The notes under the pieces were generated by a model, which was given only the letters and a program-made list of their open reading frames with translations, was not told where the DNA came from and ran no database searches. From the NCBI GenBank assembly GCA_024280935.1, contig JAJRPE010000548.1:1-44699 (forward strand): a stretch of DNA of 44,699 nucleotides, read 5' to 3'. Each line of letters begins with the position of its first letter. The first letter of the stretch is position 1. This DNA comes from Candidatus Hydrogenedentota bacterium (GTDB lineage Bacteria; Hydrogenedentota; Hydrogenedentia; Hydrogenedentales; JAEUWI01). Positions 28,040 to 37,570 of this stretch are shown in pieces. The position numbers and the translations under genes were made by a program.

Positions 28040-28077
28040 AAAAAAACGCGGCATCTTCCGAAGGGAAGATGCCGCGT
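28040..28077 (-). terminator. Rho-independent terminator of Gfo/Idh/MocA copy A
   Basis: 14-bp perfect stem ACGCGGCATCTTCC/GGAAGATGCCGCGT, 4-nt loop, T7 run on the minus strand. Confidence 0.9.
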
Positions 28078-28103
28078 GGCATTGATGTCTGTTTATGGTT
28101 TAA

Positions 28104-29528
28104 CTATCCGCGATAATAGGGGGCCTTGAGGCTCCAACCGTTGTTGTATTTGCGGTAGGCGTGTTTGTTGGCAGCCTTGACGGCTTTGCGGTCCGCGCCG
28201 GTGAACTTCTGCTTGTCGGCGTCCCAGCCGAGCTTCGCGCCGCCCGCGACATAGGAACAGGTACCCAAGTGGCAGAGGCGGGTCGTGTTATGAATAACCT
28301 CCACGGTCGAGATGGGGTTCTCGCCACTGCGGACACAGTTGGCGAAGTTTTCCCAGTGGGGCGGATTCAGTTCCTCATAGGGTGCCACCTTTATTTCCTC
28401 CAGAGTTCTCTTCCCCTTCTCTGCATTATTGTCCGTCGCCCAGACTTGATATCCGCCACGAGAGACTTGGAGGCTGCCAAGGGTGCCGTGGAATAGGATG
28501 CCGTGTCTATCGGCATCCTCTGGTACGTGACCGTTCCACACACGGTTTTCAAAGCTCAGGGTGAAGTCGTCGAACTCAAAAAGCACGTCCATCGTGTCAG
28601 GCGTTGTGCGGTTGTCCTGCAGGACCCACTTGCCACCGTTGGTCACCACAGACTTCGGCTGCAGGTTGGGTGTTACGTCTTCGTCTTCCATGGCCCAGAG
28701 GGCGATGTCGAGGAGGTGAGCGCCCCAATCGGTAATCTTGCCGCCCGAGTAATCGAGGAACCAACGGAAATTATAGATCATGCGGTTGCTGTTGATGGGG
28801 ACGTGTTCCGTCCAGCCTTGGTAGAGATCCCAGTCGAGGCCTTCATACTTCCCCACGCCCGATTCTCCCATGCCGATACCCGCGATTCCGTCCTTGTCGT
28901 GAATCCAGGTTTCCACGCGGTGGACTTTACCGATATAGCCCGACCGGATCATCTGGACGGCTTCCTGGAAATGCTTGCCGCTGCGCTGCATGTTACCAGC
29001 CTGGAACACGACGTTGTTTTGCCGCACCGCATCCACCATAGCTTGACCTTCCTTGATTGTCGTGGCGGCCGGCTTCTCGCAATAGATCGCTTTGCCGGCG
29101 ACGGCTGCGTACAGCGTGGGCAGACAGTGCCAGTGGTCTGGTGTGGCGATGACAACCGCGTCCACATCCTTGTTGTCGATAATATCGCGGAAGTCGTGAT
29201 GACGGCTCGGATCGAGGCCGGGCTTTTTCTTTGCAATGCCATGCGCCCGATTGAGGTGTTCGGGATACAGATCACAGAGGGCGATAGGTTCCATATCATT
29301 GCGTCTCATCGCGAAAATTAAATTGGCGGTACCCATGCCGCCCACGCCGATGTGGCCCGTTCGTATCTTCTCGTTGGCACCGAGGATGGTGGATGGCAGA
29401 ATGGATTTGTAGACGCCCGCGTTGGCGCTCTGGGCGGTGGCTGCGGTGGCCCCCGCTACGGCTGCCGCCGTCTTGATAAAGTTACGACGACTTTTCGATG
29501 TCTTGTGGGTCTTCGGTTGTTTTGACAT
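28104..29528 (-). CDS. Tat-exported Gfo/Idh/MocA family oxidoreductase (paralog A, 474 aa)
   Basis: SRRNFIK Tat motif, GHIGVGGMG, IATPDHWH, YCEKP and DWGAHLLD; RBS GGAGG upstream of ATG 29528. Confidence 0.93.
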   Translation of the reverse strand: MSKQPKTHKTSKSRRNFIKTAAAVAGATAATAQSANAGVYKSILPSTILGANEKIRTGHIGVGGMGTANLIFAMRRNDMEPIALCDLYPEHLNRAHGIAKKKPGLDPSRHHDFRDIIDNKDVDAVVIATPDHWHCLPTLYAAVAGKAIYCEKPAATTIKEGQAMVDAVRQNNVVFQAGNMQRSGKHFQEAVQMIRSGYIGKVHRVETWIHDKDGIAGIGMGESGVGKYEGLDWDLYQGWTEHVPINSNRMIYNFRWFLDYSGGKITDWGAHLLDIALWAMEDEDVTPNLQPKSVVTNGGKWVLQDNRTTPDTMDVLFEFDDFTLSFENRVWNGHVPEDADRHGILFHGTLGSLQVSRGGYQVWATDNNAEKGKRTLEEIKVAPYEELNPPHWENFANCVRSGENPISTVEVIHNTTRLCHLGTCSYVAGGAKLGWDADKQKFTGADRKAVKAANKHAYRKYNNGWSLKAPYYRG

Positions 29529-29653
29529 TGCGATAACTCCCTCCTGCCTGGTTTTGGTGGTTGCTCTCGAAGGTCCTGTAGTGGCCTTGCAGTGTCCATG
29601 GTACGCCGGGCTTGGACTTCTTTTCAAAATCCGATGCACCGTTTTGGACAATC

Positions 29654-29929
29654 GTAAGCATTCACGGGGAAGATCAGGGACTGACACGCCCCGAACAGCG
29701 TAGATTGTTTTCGTTAACACGAAATAGTACGTATCCTCTTGGCTCAAGGGCAAGCACGTTAACGGATGTCCCGTCGTTGGCGGAAGATCCACAGATTTCT
29801 CCGCCAACGACGGGACACGGACCTTTGAGTAACCTTGCTTCCACAAGGTTCCGTGATAAAGTCGTACACCGCTGTGCATACCGGAGGTGCTTGTCCGTGT
29901 CGGTCCCTTATGAACCTGTGAACGCTTAC
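29654..29929. mobile_element. 276-bp non-autonomous MITE-like element with GTAAGC termini and an 8-bp target-site duplication
   Basis: TIRs GTAAGCATTCACGGG/CCTGTGAACGCTTAC; flanks GGACAATC (29646-29653) and GGACAACC (29930-29937); internal perfect 18-bp IR at 29767-29784/29800-29817; paralogous empty site at 27938-27945. Confidence 0.75.
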
Positions 29930-30031
29930 GGACAACCAACGTATCACCACAAACACTACGTGCGTTTTCGACACCCACCGTGCGCGTTATGTCGGGCTGG
30001 AAAGCCCAACCCCCTTGCCCGTAGCACCCAG

Positions 30032-30069
30032 AAAAAAACGCGGCATCTTCCGAAGGGAAGACGCCGCGT
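30032..30069 (-). terminator. Rho-independent terminator of Gfo/Idh/MocA copy B
   Basis: Same hairpin as 28040-28077 with one substitution, followed by a T-run on the minus strand. Confidence 0.88.
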
Positions 30070-30095
30070 GGCATTGATGTCTGGTTATGGGCTAA

Positions 30096-31523
30096 TTATC
30101 CGCGATAATAGGGGGCCTTGAGACTCCAGCCGTTGTTGTATTTGCGGTAGGCGTGTTTGTTGGCTTTTTTCACGGCCTTACGGTCTGCGCCGGTGAACTT
30201 CTGCTTGTCGGCATCCCAACCAAGCTTTGCACCGCCCGCTACGTAGGAACAGGTACCCAAGTGACAAAGGCGGGTCGTGTTGTGGATAACTTCCACCGTC
30301 GAGATGGGATTTTCGCCGCTGCGAACACAGTTGGCGAAATTTTCCCAGTGGGGCTCGTTGAGGGGACCGTAGGGCGCGACCTTTTTCTCTTCGAGGGTCT
30401 TCTTGCCCTTATCGGCATTGTTGTCGGTCGCCCAGACCTGGTATCCGCCACGGGAAACCTGAAGGCTTCCCAGGGTGCCGTGGAACATGATGCCGTGGCT
30501 GTCGGCATCCGCCGGTACATGGCCGTTCCAGACGCGGTTCTCGAAGCTCATGGTGAAGTCGTCGAACTCAAAGAGCACGTCCATGGTATCGGGGGTGGTG
30601 CGGTTGTCTTCCAGGACCCATTTTCCGCCGTTGGCGACGACGGACTTGGGCTGAAGATTGGGCTTCACGTCTTCGTCTTCCATGGCCCATAGGGCGATGT
30701 CGAGAAGGTGGGCACCCCAGTCGGTAATTTTGCCGCCCGAGTAATCGAGGAACCAACGGAAGTTGTAGATCCATCGGTTGGTGTTGAAGGGGACGTGTTT
30801 GGTCCAGCCCTGGTGGAAATCCCAGTCCAAGCCCCGTTCTTCATACTTGGCTTGGTCATTCTCGCCCATGCCAATCCCGGCGATGGGTTCGTTGTCGTGA
30901 ATCCATGTCTCTACGCGATGGACCTTGCCAATATAGCCCGACCGAATCATCTGGACGGCTTCCTGGAAGTGCTGGCCGCTACGCTGCATGTTGCCCGCCT
31001 GGAAGACCACATTATTACTGCGGACTGCCTTGACCATGGCCGCGCCTTCTTCGATGGTCGTGGCAGCGGGCTTTTCGCAGTAAATCGCCTTGCCCGCGTC
31101 GGCGGCGTGCAGGGTGCAGAGGCAGTGCCAGTGATCGGGCGTGGCGATGACCACCGCGTCCACATCTTTGTTTTCAATGATTTCACGGAAGTCGTGGTGC
31201 TTGGTGGGGTCGAGACCGGGCTTGCGTTTGGCCAAGGTATGGGCCTTGTCGAGATTCTTCTGATACAAGTCGCAGAGTGCGATAGGTTCCATGTCATTTC
31301 GCTTCATGACGAAGACGAGATCGGCACTGCCCATGCCGCCCACGCCGATATGGCCGGTGCGGATCTTCTCGTTGGCACCAAGAATGGTGGACGGAAGAAT
31401 GGATTTGTAGACACCCGCGCTGGCGCTCTGGGCTGCGGCCACGGTAGCGCCCGCAGCAGCGGCGGTCTTGATGAATTTACGGCGACTCTCCGTCGCTTTT
31501 GGGGTCTTGGGTGTTTCTGACAT
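30096..31523 (-). CDS. Tat-exported Gfo/Idh/MocA family oxidoreductase (paralog B, 475 aa)
   Basis: SRRKFIK Tat motif and the same catalytic motifs as paralog A; highly similar along its whole length. Confidence 0.93.
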   Translation of the reverse strand: MSETPKTPKATESRRKFIKTAAAAGATVAAAQSASAGVYKSILPSTILGANEKIRTGHIGVGGMGSADLVFVMKRNDMEPIALCDLYQKNLDKAHTLAKRKPGLDPTKHHDFREIIENKDVDAVVIATPDHWHCLCTLHAADAGKAIYCEKPAATTIEEGAAMVKAVRSNNVVFQAGNMQRSGQHFQEAVQMIRSGYIGKVHRVETWIHDNEPIAGIGMGENDQAKYEERGLDWDFHQGWTKHVPFNTNRWIYNFRWFLDYSGGKITDWGAHLLDIALWAMEDEDVKPNLQPKSVVANGGKWVLEDNRTTPDTMDVLFEFDDFTMSFENRVWNGHVPADADSHGIMFHGTLGSLQVSRGGYQVWATDNNADKGKKTLEEKKVAPYGPLNEPHWENFANCVRSGENPISTVEVIHNTTRLCHLGTCSYVAGGAKLGWDADKQKFTGADRKAVKKANKHAYRKYNNGWSLKAPYYRG

Positions 31524-31773
31524 TAGGGTAAGTTCCTCCAGCCGATGGTGTTGGTTGTTTAATCAGGTTTCTGCAGGCCCGTATTCCCCAAAGTGGTTGG
31601 GCACAAATTGCTGTTCTCAACGAGATCCGGCGAACCGGTATTCGGGCAGCGAGGCCATGATACTCCGGTACCACAGGTTTTTTCAAAACTCAGTCGCGCC
31701 AGGGTAATCTATTGGCAGGACTGCGAAGGCTGTGGTACACTCGAACCGTACTCAGGAAAGGAGTTTTTGGCCC

Positions 31774-32289
31774 ATGGATGAACTGATTGCCCACGTGCAG
31801 GAAAATGCCGTTCTCTATGGCGTTGGCGCGGCTTTCACCCTCCCGCTGATCTATGTGACGCGCAAGTATTCGGTACCTGCGATCTTGTACACGGTGGAAT
31901 ACACGATTTATGCGTGCATCATGCATCTGGTTGTGTGGATTATTGTGGGGGCCACCCGCTGGTTCAAGGAAAGTTCTTCCATGAAGGCGCTGCGGGAGGA
32001 TGGAAAACCCATCGACACGCCGGAGTGGGGCACACCGTTGATTAATTTCTGGGACACGGACGCGTATGACCCTGAAGTCATATGGAAGGTTGAAGTCGGG
32101 TTTCTGGTCGTTGTTATGTTGCTTATGTGGCGGTACAGGCCAATGAAAATACAACGGAGAGCCAAGCGCCAGATGCAGGAGTATGCGTCTTCGGGTTCCA
32201 AGCGGGGCAAGGCAGGAAGCTACAAGGCGGGTGGCCGGGGAAAAGGACGTGGCGGGGGCAAGATCCCACGCGGTACGCGTGGTCGTTAG
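31774..32289 (+). CDS. Hypothetical membrane protein with basic Gly-rich C-terminal tail
   Basis: AGGAG RBS; ~3 TM segments; K/R/G-rich tail. Confidence 0.7.
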   Translation: MDELIAHVQENAVLYGVGAAFTLPLIYVTRKYSVPAILYTVEYTIYACIMHLVVWIIVGATRWFKESSSMKALREDGKPIDTPEWGTPLINFWDTDAYDPEVIWKVEVGFLVVVMLLMWRYRPMKIQRRAKRQMQEYASSGSKRGKAGSYKAGGRGKGRGGGKIPRGTRGR

Positions 32290-32458
32290 ATTAGCCGTTG
32301 ACACCGCCCGATCTGTCGGCGCGAATGGGTGCCCCGGAACCCCTAAACACAGTATTCTTTTTTTTCGGAAAATTATCAAAACATCCCTACGCGCTAGAGC
32401 CTCAAGGGCTTGCTTGGGTCCATGCGTGCGCGGCGGCGGGAATCTGTTGACAAAACCC

Positions 32459-32486
32459 TTTACATTTCGTGCGTCCGGTGTATAAT
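32459..32486 (+). promoter_or_regulatory. Putative sigma70 promoter
   Basis: TTTACA (32459-32464), 16-nt spacer, TATAAT (32481-32486), ahead of the small zinc-ribbon gene. Confidence 0.45.
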
Positions 32487-32522
32487 GTCCTATGATCCTT
32501 TGGTGCGAAATAGCGACCATGG

Positions 32523-32711
32523 ATGAGAGGTGTCGGTGGTGTGTTTAGGACCGTATACCTTGTCATCATGGTGGGCGTTATCGCGCTCGTTACGCTTCTG
32601 AGTGTGCCGTGGCTCTTTCGCAGGCGTTGCACAAAGTGTGGTGCCTGGAACGGGCTGGAGGCATCGCGTTGCAAGCAATGTTCGGAGGCTTTGCCGACGG
32701 ACTATGAATAG
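32523..32711 (+). CDS. Small membrane-anchored zinc-ribbon protein
   Basis: One TM helix followed by CTKC...CKQC. Confidence 0.6.
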   Translation: MRGVGGVFRTVYLVIMVGVIALVTLLSVPWLFRRRCTKCGAWNGLEASRCKQCSEALPTDYE

Positions 32712-32864
32712 CGTGCATCGCGCTACGTATAATTTGTCGTTTGGTGCCTTGTTTTCAGCGAAGGCCGAATAGCAAGGAATTGCTGTGGCAAAGGTTGGTC
32801 AGGACTAAGAATCCTGGTATTGGCCCTGCCACTCTATGCAGTAAAACCTGGTGGAGACTCTTTT

Positions 32865-34400
32865 GTGGCCGCGAAAGTGAATTGTTCGATATGTGGGAAG
32901 CTGACGGATCCGTCGCTGGAGAATTGCCCCCATTGTGGTTCCCCAAATGAGACGGGCGGCTCTCCTGCGTCCTCTTCGTCGGAGGATGTGAGAGACGCAA
33001 AGGGCGATCAATGCCCGTCTTGTGGCTCTCCGGTGCAGGATGGTGACATCGTCTGTGTTCGGTGTGGGGTAAACCTGCTCACGGGCGATCAGGTGGCTCA
33101 AAAACAGGAGGTCGAAACGGAGGACGAGACTAATCGGACACCCTACGTTGTTGGGACGCTGGCGGTGGTCGTTGTCGTACTGGTGGCGGCCCTTGCTTTT
33201 GTGTTGCTTCAAGATCCGATAAAGGACGCACGCCAGAAGGCCCGCTTCGGTGACATTCTTGGCGCGATCAATATTCTTCAGAAGCACACGGATACTGAAG
33301 AAGACGATGTCGATGCCTTTGCGATGCTGGGTCGACTCTACTGGCAGGCGCAACAATACCCGGATGCATCCACGGCCTTTGATACCGCATCGCGCTTGCG
33401 CGCATCCGACGAAGACCTTGCATTCATGGCCGTACTCGCGGCGGGGAAAATACCCGGCGACGCGGCGGCGGGCCGACAATTATCGGCGTTGAAACGAATG
33501 GTCGCGAATCACCCGAACAACGAGCGGGCGCAAAAGATGCTGACGCTGGCCTTGGGTGCCGCCGGGGACTTGTCCGCAAGCGCCAGCAGTTTGTCCGCAT
33601 GGGCAACACTGGCCGGGATGCCCGGCGAGGTGGATAAATTTCGCGGAATTGTCAGCGCCATGGACGGCGACTATGTGACCGCCCATCAGGCCCTTGACAC
33701 GGCGGACGCATCGGATCGCGATGCCCGGTTTGCCCAGGGGTATCTGGCAAGTCTTGAAGGAAAATCGGAAGCTGCTTCCGCGATGTTGGCGGAAGCACTG
33801 GGATCGTCCGATGGCGATGCCCCAGAGGCCTCCTCGCGCTTAGGCCTTCTCTACATGGCTCAGGGTGAATTTGACAAGGCCCTTCCCCTGTTGCGCCCAT
33901 TGCCGGGCAGCCAGACTTCGGCCAGCACACGTTTTTTTTACGCCCTTTGCCTCCAGACATCAGGATTGGGTGAAGAGGCGTTAATGGAATTTGACCGTCT
34001 GGTGTCAAGCGGTGGGGCTTTTGCCCGGGAATCCGCAGTGCAGATGGGAATCCTCTACATCGAGCGCGATCAGTTGGAGCGGGCGGAGGAATCAATGCGC
34101 AAGGCGCGCACGTTTGGCACTTCACCGCGCTTGTACACGGTTGAAGGCCAGATAGCGGCGTTCCAGGGGAATCCTGATCGTGCGCAGGCATCTTTCCGCA
34201 AGGCGATTCAGGAGGATGGCGACTACCCCGCAGCGCATCTTGAGCACGGTTTGGTCTACGTTCGACGTGGCGCCTTATCAGAGGGCGTGCGTGAGTTGGA
34301 ACGCTACCTGCAATTGGCCGATGCGAATGTGGAAGGTGGCCGGGTCCACGAAGTGGATCTTTTGGTCAAACAGTTGCAGCAAGCCTTGAACCGCAGATAG
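32865..34400 (+). CDS. Double zinc-ribbon + TM + tetratricopeptide-repeat protein
   Basis: CSIC/CPHC/CPSC/CVRC pairs, one TM helix, then multiple TPR-like helices. Start GTG 32865 follows a GGAGA RBS. Confidence 0.8.
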   Translation: MAAKVNCSICGKLTDPSLENCPHCGSPNETGGSPASSSSEDVRDAKGDQCPSCGSPVQDGDIVCVRCGVNLLTGDQVAQKQEVETEDETNRTPYVVGTLAVVVVVLVAALAFVLLQDPIKDARQKARFGDILGAINILQKHTDTEEDDVDAFAMLGRLYWQAQQYPDASTAFDTASRLRASDEDLAFMAVLAAGKIPGDAAAGRQLSALKRMVANHPNNERAQKMLTLALGAAGDLSASASSLSAWATLAGMPGEVDKFRGIVSAMDGDYVTAHQALDTADASDRDARFAQGYLASLEGKSEAASAMLAEALGSSDGDAPEASSRLGLLYMAQGEFDKALPLLRPLPGSQTSASTRFFYALCLQTSGLGEEALMEFDRLVSSGGAFARESAVQMGILYIERDQLERAEESMRKARTFGTSPRLYTVEGQIAAFQGNPDRAQASFRKAIQEDGDYPAAHLEHGLVYVRRGALSEGVRELERYLQLADANVEGGRVHEVDLLVKQLQQALNRR

Positions 34401-34464
34401 TGACGCGCTGTCCGATCTGCGACAGGCATTGCCCCAAATTCAATAACGTAACGGAGAAAGCCCG

Positions 34465-35901
34465 ATGCTATATAGAATAACTATTGGACTGCTTGCGACG
34501 ATCCTGCTTGTGCCCGCCTTGGCGTGGGGTCCAAAGGCCCAGCTGGCCATCAGCACGACCGCCATGCACCTCCTTTCTAAAGAGGGCAACATCCCCTTAA
34601 CAAAAATGGGGAAATCGGTGCGCCGTGGCGCAACGGAGTCGCAAGCTGCTCTTGCCATACTGTATCCAGATATGGATATTGGTCCGATCCAGGCAATCGA
34701 GGCGGATATGATACTGCTGACTGCGGCCCGCGGCAACAAGCTCGACCACTATTACGCGTATCGCATGGGCGCGTTAGGAAAACTGGTGGCCCGGACCACG
34801 GCACCCATGGCGACGGTCGATGTGAGTTTTCGAAATCTTTATTTTGCCGATGTGGAACGGGCAATCGAGTCTACTTCGGTGTCCATTCAGCAACGAGAAA
34901 CCGTTGACCCGCAGCTCTATTTCACTCGGCGGATAGCCGAAGCCAACGCAAACAACGATATAATTCTGAAGGAATACCAGGGAGGTATAGGCATTTCCGG
35001 TGTGGCGGGTAGCCTGTTGAGCGCGGATACAAGCCGGTCCGCCCGTGCCGTGGCGGATGTGTGGCTGACGATATTGTCCAATTCTCAGATTAGTGGAAAT
35101 GTGTCTCCCGAAATGCTTCGGGACTACGGGCTTCGCGGCATGCGTTTTTACATCAGTCGAAAGAATGCGTCGGCCATGGATGCTGCCGAGAAGCGCTACG
35201 CACGCCTGGCCGCACCCACTTCGGCATCACTGGTTGAGCTTGGGGATTTGTATTTCAGGGCGGAGTATTTTGAGCGGGCCGTGCAGAAATACCAAGAGGC
35301 CTTGTCGATGGATCCCGAGCGGCGGGAAGTTATTGCCAAGATATCGGACTACTATGTAGCCAAGGGTGATCGAGAGCTTGAAAACGAGCAACTTGAGGCC
35401 GCGCTTAATTCCCTTCAAAAGGCCGTTGATACGAACCCACTTCATGAAACGGCGGAAGGCAAGCGCCTCGTAGTGGCTAAGTTAATCGAAGAGCGCGATG
35501 GCCGCATGGCGCGCAATCAAGCCTTAATCGAGCGAGCGGAGCAGTTTGGAAATATGGCGGAGGAAGAGGCGCTGCGTGGTCGCCACGCGGAAGCTATTGA
35601 TCTGATTCGCGAAGCGATGAACACCTATGAGGAAGTTAGCGACGAATTCCCGATGGAGTTCAATCTTCGTGAGCGGGGCTTGAACCAGCTTCGCTTGCGA
35701 GTCCAAGCCTACAAGAACGAGATCATGAACAATGCCGAGGTTTTCAGCGGCAGCGGTTACGTGCAAGATGTGCGGCGTCTGGTGGAGGAACATGGCGACG
35801 GAATGGATGTTGCGGGCCTGAAAGCGATCTTGGAACGCGCTTACAACGCAGAGTATGCCGCACTTGAGCAAAGCTACGGGGAGAAACTGAATACACCCTG
35901 A
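34465..35901 (+). CDS. Secreted TPR-containing protein
   Basis: Signal peptide ending ALA-WG; central TPR (LGDLYFRAEYFERAVQKYQEAL). Confidence 0.75.
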   Translation: MLYRITIGLLATILLVPALAWGPKAQLAISTTAMHLLSKEGNIPLTKMGKSVRRGATESQAALAILYPDMDIGPIQAIEADMILLTAARGNKLDHYYAYRMGALGKLVARTTAPMATVDVSFRNLYFADVERAIESTSVSIQQRETVDPQLYFTRRIAEANANNDIILKEYQGGIGISGVAGSLLSADTSRSARAVADVWLTILSNSQISGNVSPEMLRDYGLRGMRFYISRKNASAMDAAEKRYARLAAPTSASLVELGDLYFRAEYFERAVQKYQEALSMDPERREVIAKISDYYVAKGDRELENEQLEAALNSLQKAVDTNPLHETAEGKRLVVAKLIEERDGRMARNQALIERAEQFGNMAEEEALRGRHAEAIDLIREAMNTYEEVSDEFPMEFNLRERGLNQLRLRVQAYKNEIMNNAEVFSGSGYVQDVRRLVEEHGDGMDVAGLKAILERAYNAEYAALEQSYGEKLNTP

Positions 35902-35948
35902 CGAAAGAGTTGCCACGCTATTCTATCAAAGCTCGAATTGATATCCCC

Positions 35949-35982
35949 AAACCGTCTGTAGTATGCTACGGACGGTTTTCTT
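35949..35982 (+). terminator. Probable intrinsic terminator
   Basis: AAACCGTCTGTAG-TATG-CTACGGACGGTTT hairpin followed by TCTT. Confidence 0.55.
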
Positions 35983-36145
35983 ATGGGGCGGAAGACATCA
36001 CAAGGTCATATTGCCAGCCGACACCAATTAAGGTTGTTCGCTGAGATTGCGGCGAAGTGATCTTGCACCACCGGGGTGCCTGTCCCATGACACGCCCCGA
36101 AAACGCCGCCCACCCTGCACACCTTATTTAGAAGGAGATGGAACC

Positions 36146-37171
36146 ATGCCCGTCGTCGATTTTAAGAAGTACTGCGCCATGCTGGACAAGGCGCAGAAAG
36201 AGAATTACGCCTACCCCGCCGTCAATATCACCACGACCGATACGGTGAACGCCGCTATCGAGGGCTTCGCCAAGGCCAAAAGCGACGGCATTATTCAGGT
36301 ATCCACCGGTGGCGGCGCACATGCGTCGGGCAATCTCAAGGACATGGTCCTTGGCTCCATCTCTCTCGCGGACCATTGTCACCGTGTTGCGGCCGAGTAC
36401 GACATCAACATTGCTTTGCACACCGACCACTGCCAACCCGGCAAGGTCGATTCCTTCCTCAAGCCCCTGATCGCAGAGACGGCACGCCGCCGCGCTGCGG
36501 GCCAGCCCAACCTGTTTAACAGCCACATGCTTGATGCCAGCGAATTGCCGCTGAAAGAGAACATGAAGCTTTCCGTCGAGTTGTTGAAGCTCTGCCAAGA
36601 GAATGACATCATCCTCGAAGTGGAAGCTGGCGTGGTCGGCGGCGAAGAAGACGGCGTGGACAATGAGAATACGCCCGCCGAAAAGCTTTACACCTCGCCC
36701 GAAGACATGGTCGAAGTGTATGAAGCCCTCAGCCAGGTTAAAGGTGCCAAGTATATGTTTGCCGCCACCTTCGGCAACGTCCACGGTGTCTACAAGCCCG
36801 GCAACGTCAAATTGACACCCATCATTCTGAAGAATGGCCAGGATGCCGTTATCGCCAAGCACGGCAAAGATGCCGAATTCTGGCTGGTATTCCACGGCGG
36901 CTCCGGCTCCACCGAGGCAGAACTTCGTGAAACGCTGGAATACGGTGTCGTCAAAATGAACATCGACACCGACACCCAGTATGCCTTCACCCGCCCTGTC
37001 GTCGAGCACATGATGCACAACTACGAAGGCGTGCTCAAGATCGAAGGCGAAGTCGGCAACAAGAAAGTCTACGATCCCCGTTCCTGGCTGAAGAAGGCCC
37101 GCGACAACATGGCCGATCGCATCGCCAAGGCGTGCGACGACCTCCGCAGCACCGGCAAGACCATGGGCTAA
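36146..37171 (+). CDS. fbaA: Class II fructose-bisphosphate aldolase
   Basis: YAYPAVN, LHTDHC, SHMLDAS, GVVGGEEDG, FGNVHGVYKPGNVKL, VFHGGSGS and KMNIDTDTQ; GGAGA RBS. Confidence 0.96.
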   Translation: MPVVDFKKYCAMLDKAQKENYAYPAVNITTTDTVNAAIEGFAKAKSDGIIQVSTGGGAHASGNLKDMVLGSISLADHCHRVAAEYDINIALHTDHCQPGKVDSFLKPLIAETARRRAAGQPNLFNSHMLDASELPLKENMKLSVELLKLCQENDIILEVEAGVVGGEEDGVDNENTPAEKLYTSPEDMVEVYEALSQVKGAKYMFAATFGNVHGVYKPGNVKLTPIILKNGQDAVIAKHGKDAEFWLVFHGGSGSTEAELRETLEYGVVKMNIDTDTQYAFTRPVVEHMMHNYEGVLKIEGEVGNKKVYDPRSWLKKARDNMADRIAKACDDLRSTGKTMG

Positions 37172-37201
37172 AGTGGCTGCGCCACACCCCGCTTAAAAAT
37201 C

Positions 37202-37256
37202 AGGCCCGCCCCTCGGAAATGAGTTCGCTCTTTCTGGGGGGCGGCTTCTTTGTCTT
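37202..37256 (+). terminator. Probable terminator downstream of fbaA
   Basis: GC-rich stem CCGCCCC...GGGGCGG followed by CTTCTTT. Confidence 0.5.
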
Positions 37257-37321
37257 GGGGTTGACGATGCCATGCTGCGTCGTAATGAAACCCAAGGGAC
37301 ATAAGAGACGGCCCACACACC

Positions 37322-37348
37322 GTCATTCCCACGAACGTGGGAATCCAG
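37322..37348. repeat. ATTCCC-N8-GGGAAT palindrome (dRS3/REP-like)
   Basis: GTCATTCCCACGAACGTGGGAATCCAG matches the widespread GTCATTCCC...GGGAATCCAG repeat form; single copy in the window. Confidence 0.6.
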
Positions 37349-37570
37349 AACGTGGCTGGGTTTCCCCTGAGAAAAACTGCTCCCCAGCGTTCAACCGGGA
37401 TTGAGGCGCTGCTTTTGCGCCCATACAGTGAACGCTTACGGCTGTCCTTCACCGTTATGGCCCGAGCGCCTTACGTCCCTTGAGTCTCTCAGGTCCCTTT
37501 CTTGCTTCGCCGGATCACGGTATAATACCCAAGCGGTCGCTACCCTTAATTACTTGGAGTACTCACCATC

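Noticed and set aside
29529-30074. 182-aa N-terminal extension of oxidoreductase A (656-aa ORF)
   Set aside because: It runs through the terminator, REP and MITE sequence; the Tat signal, RBS and paralog alignment place the start at 29528.
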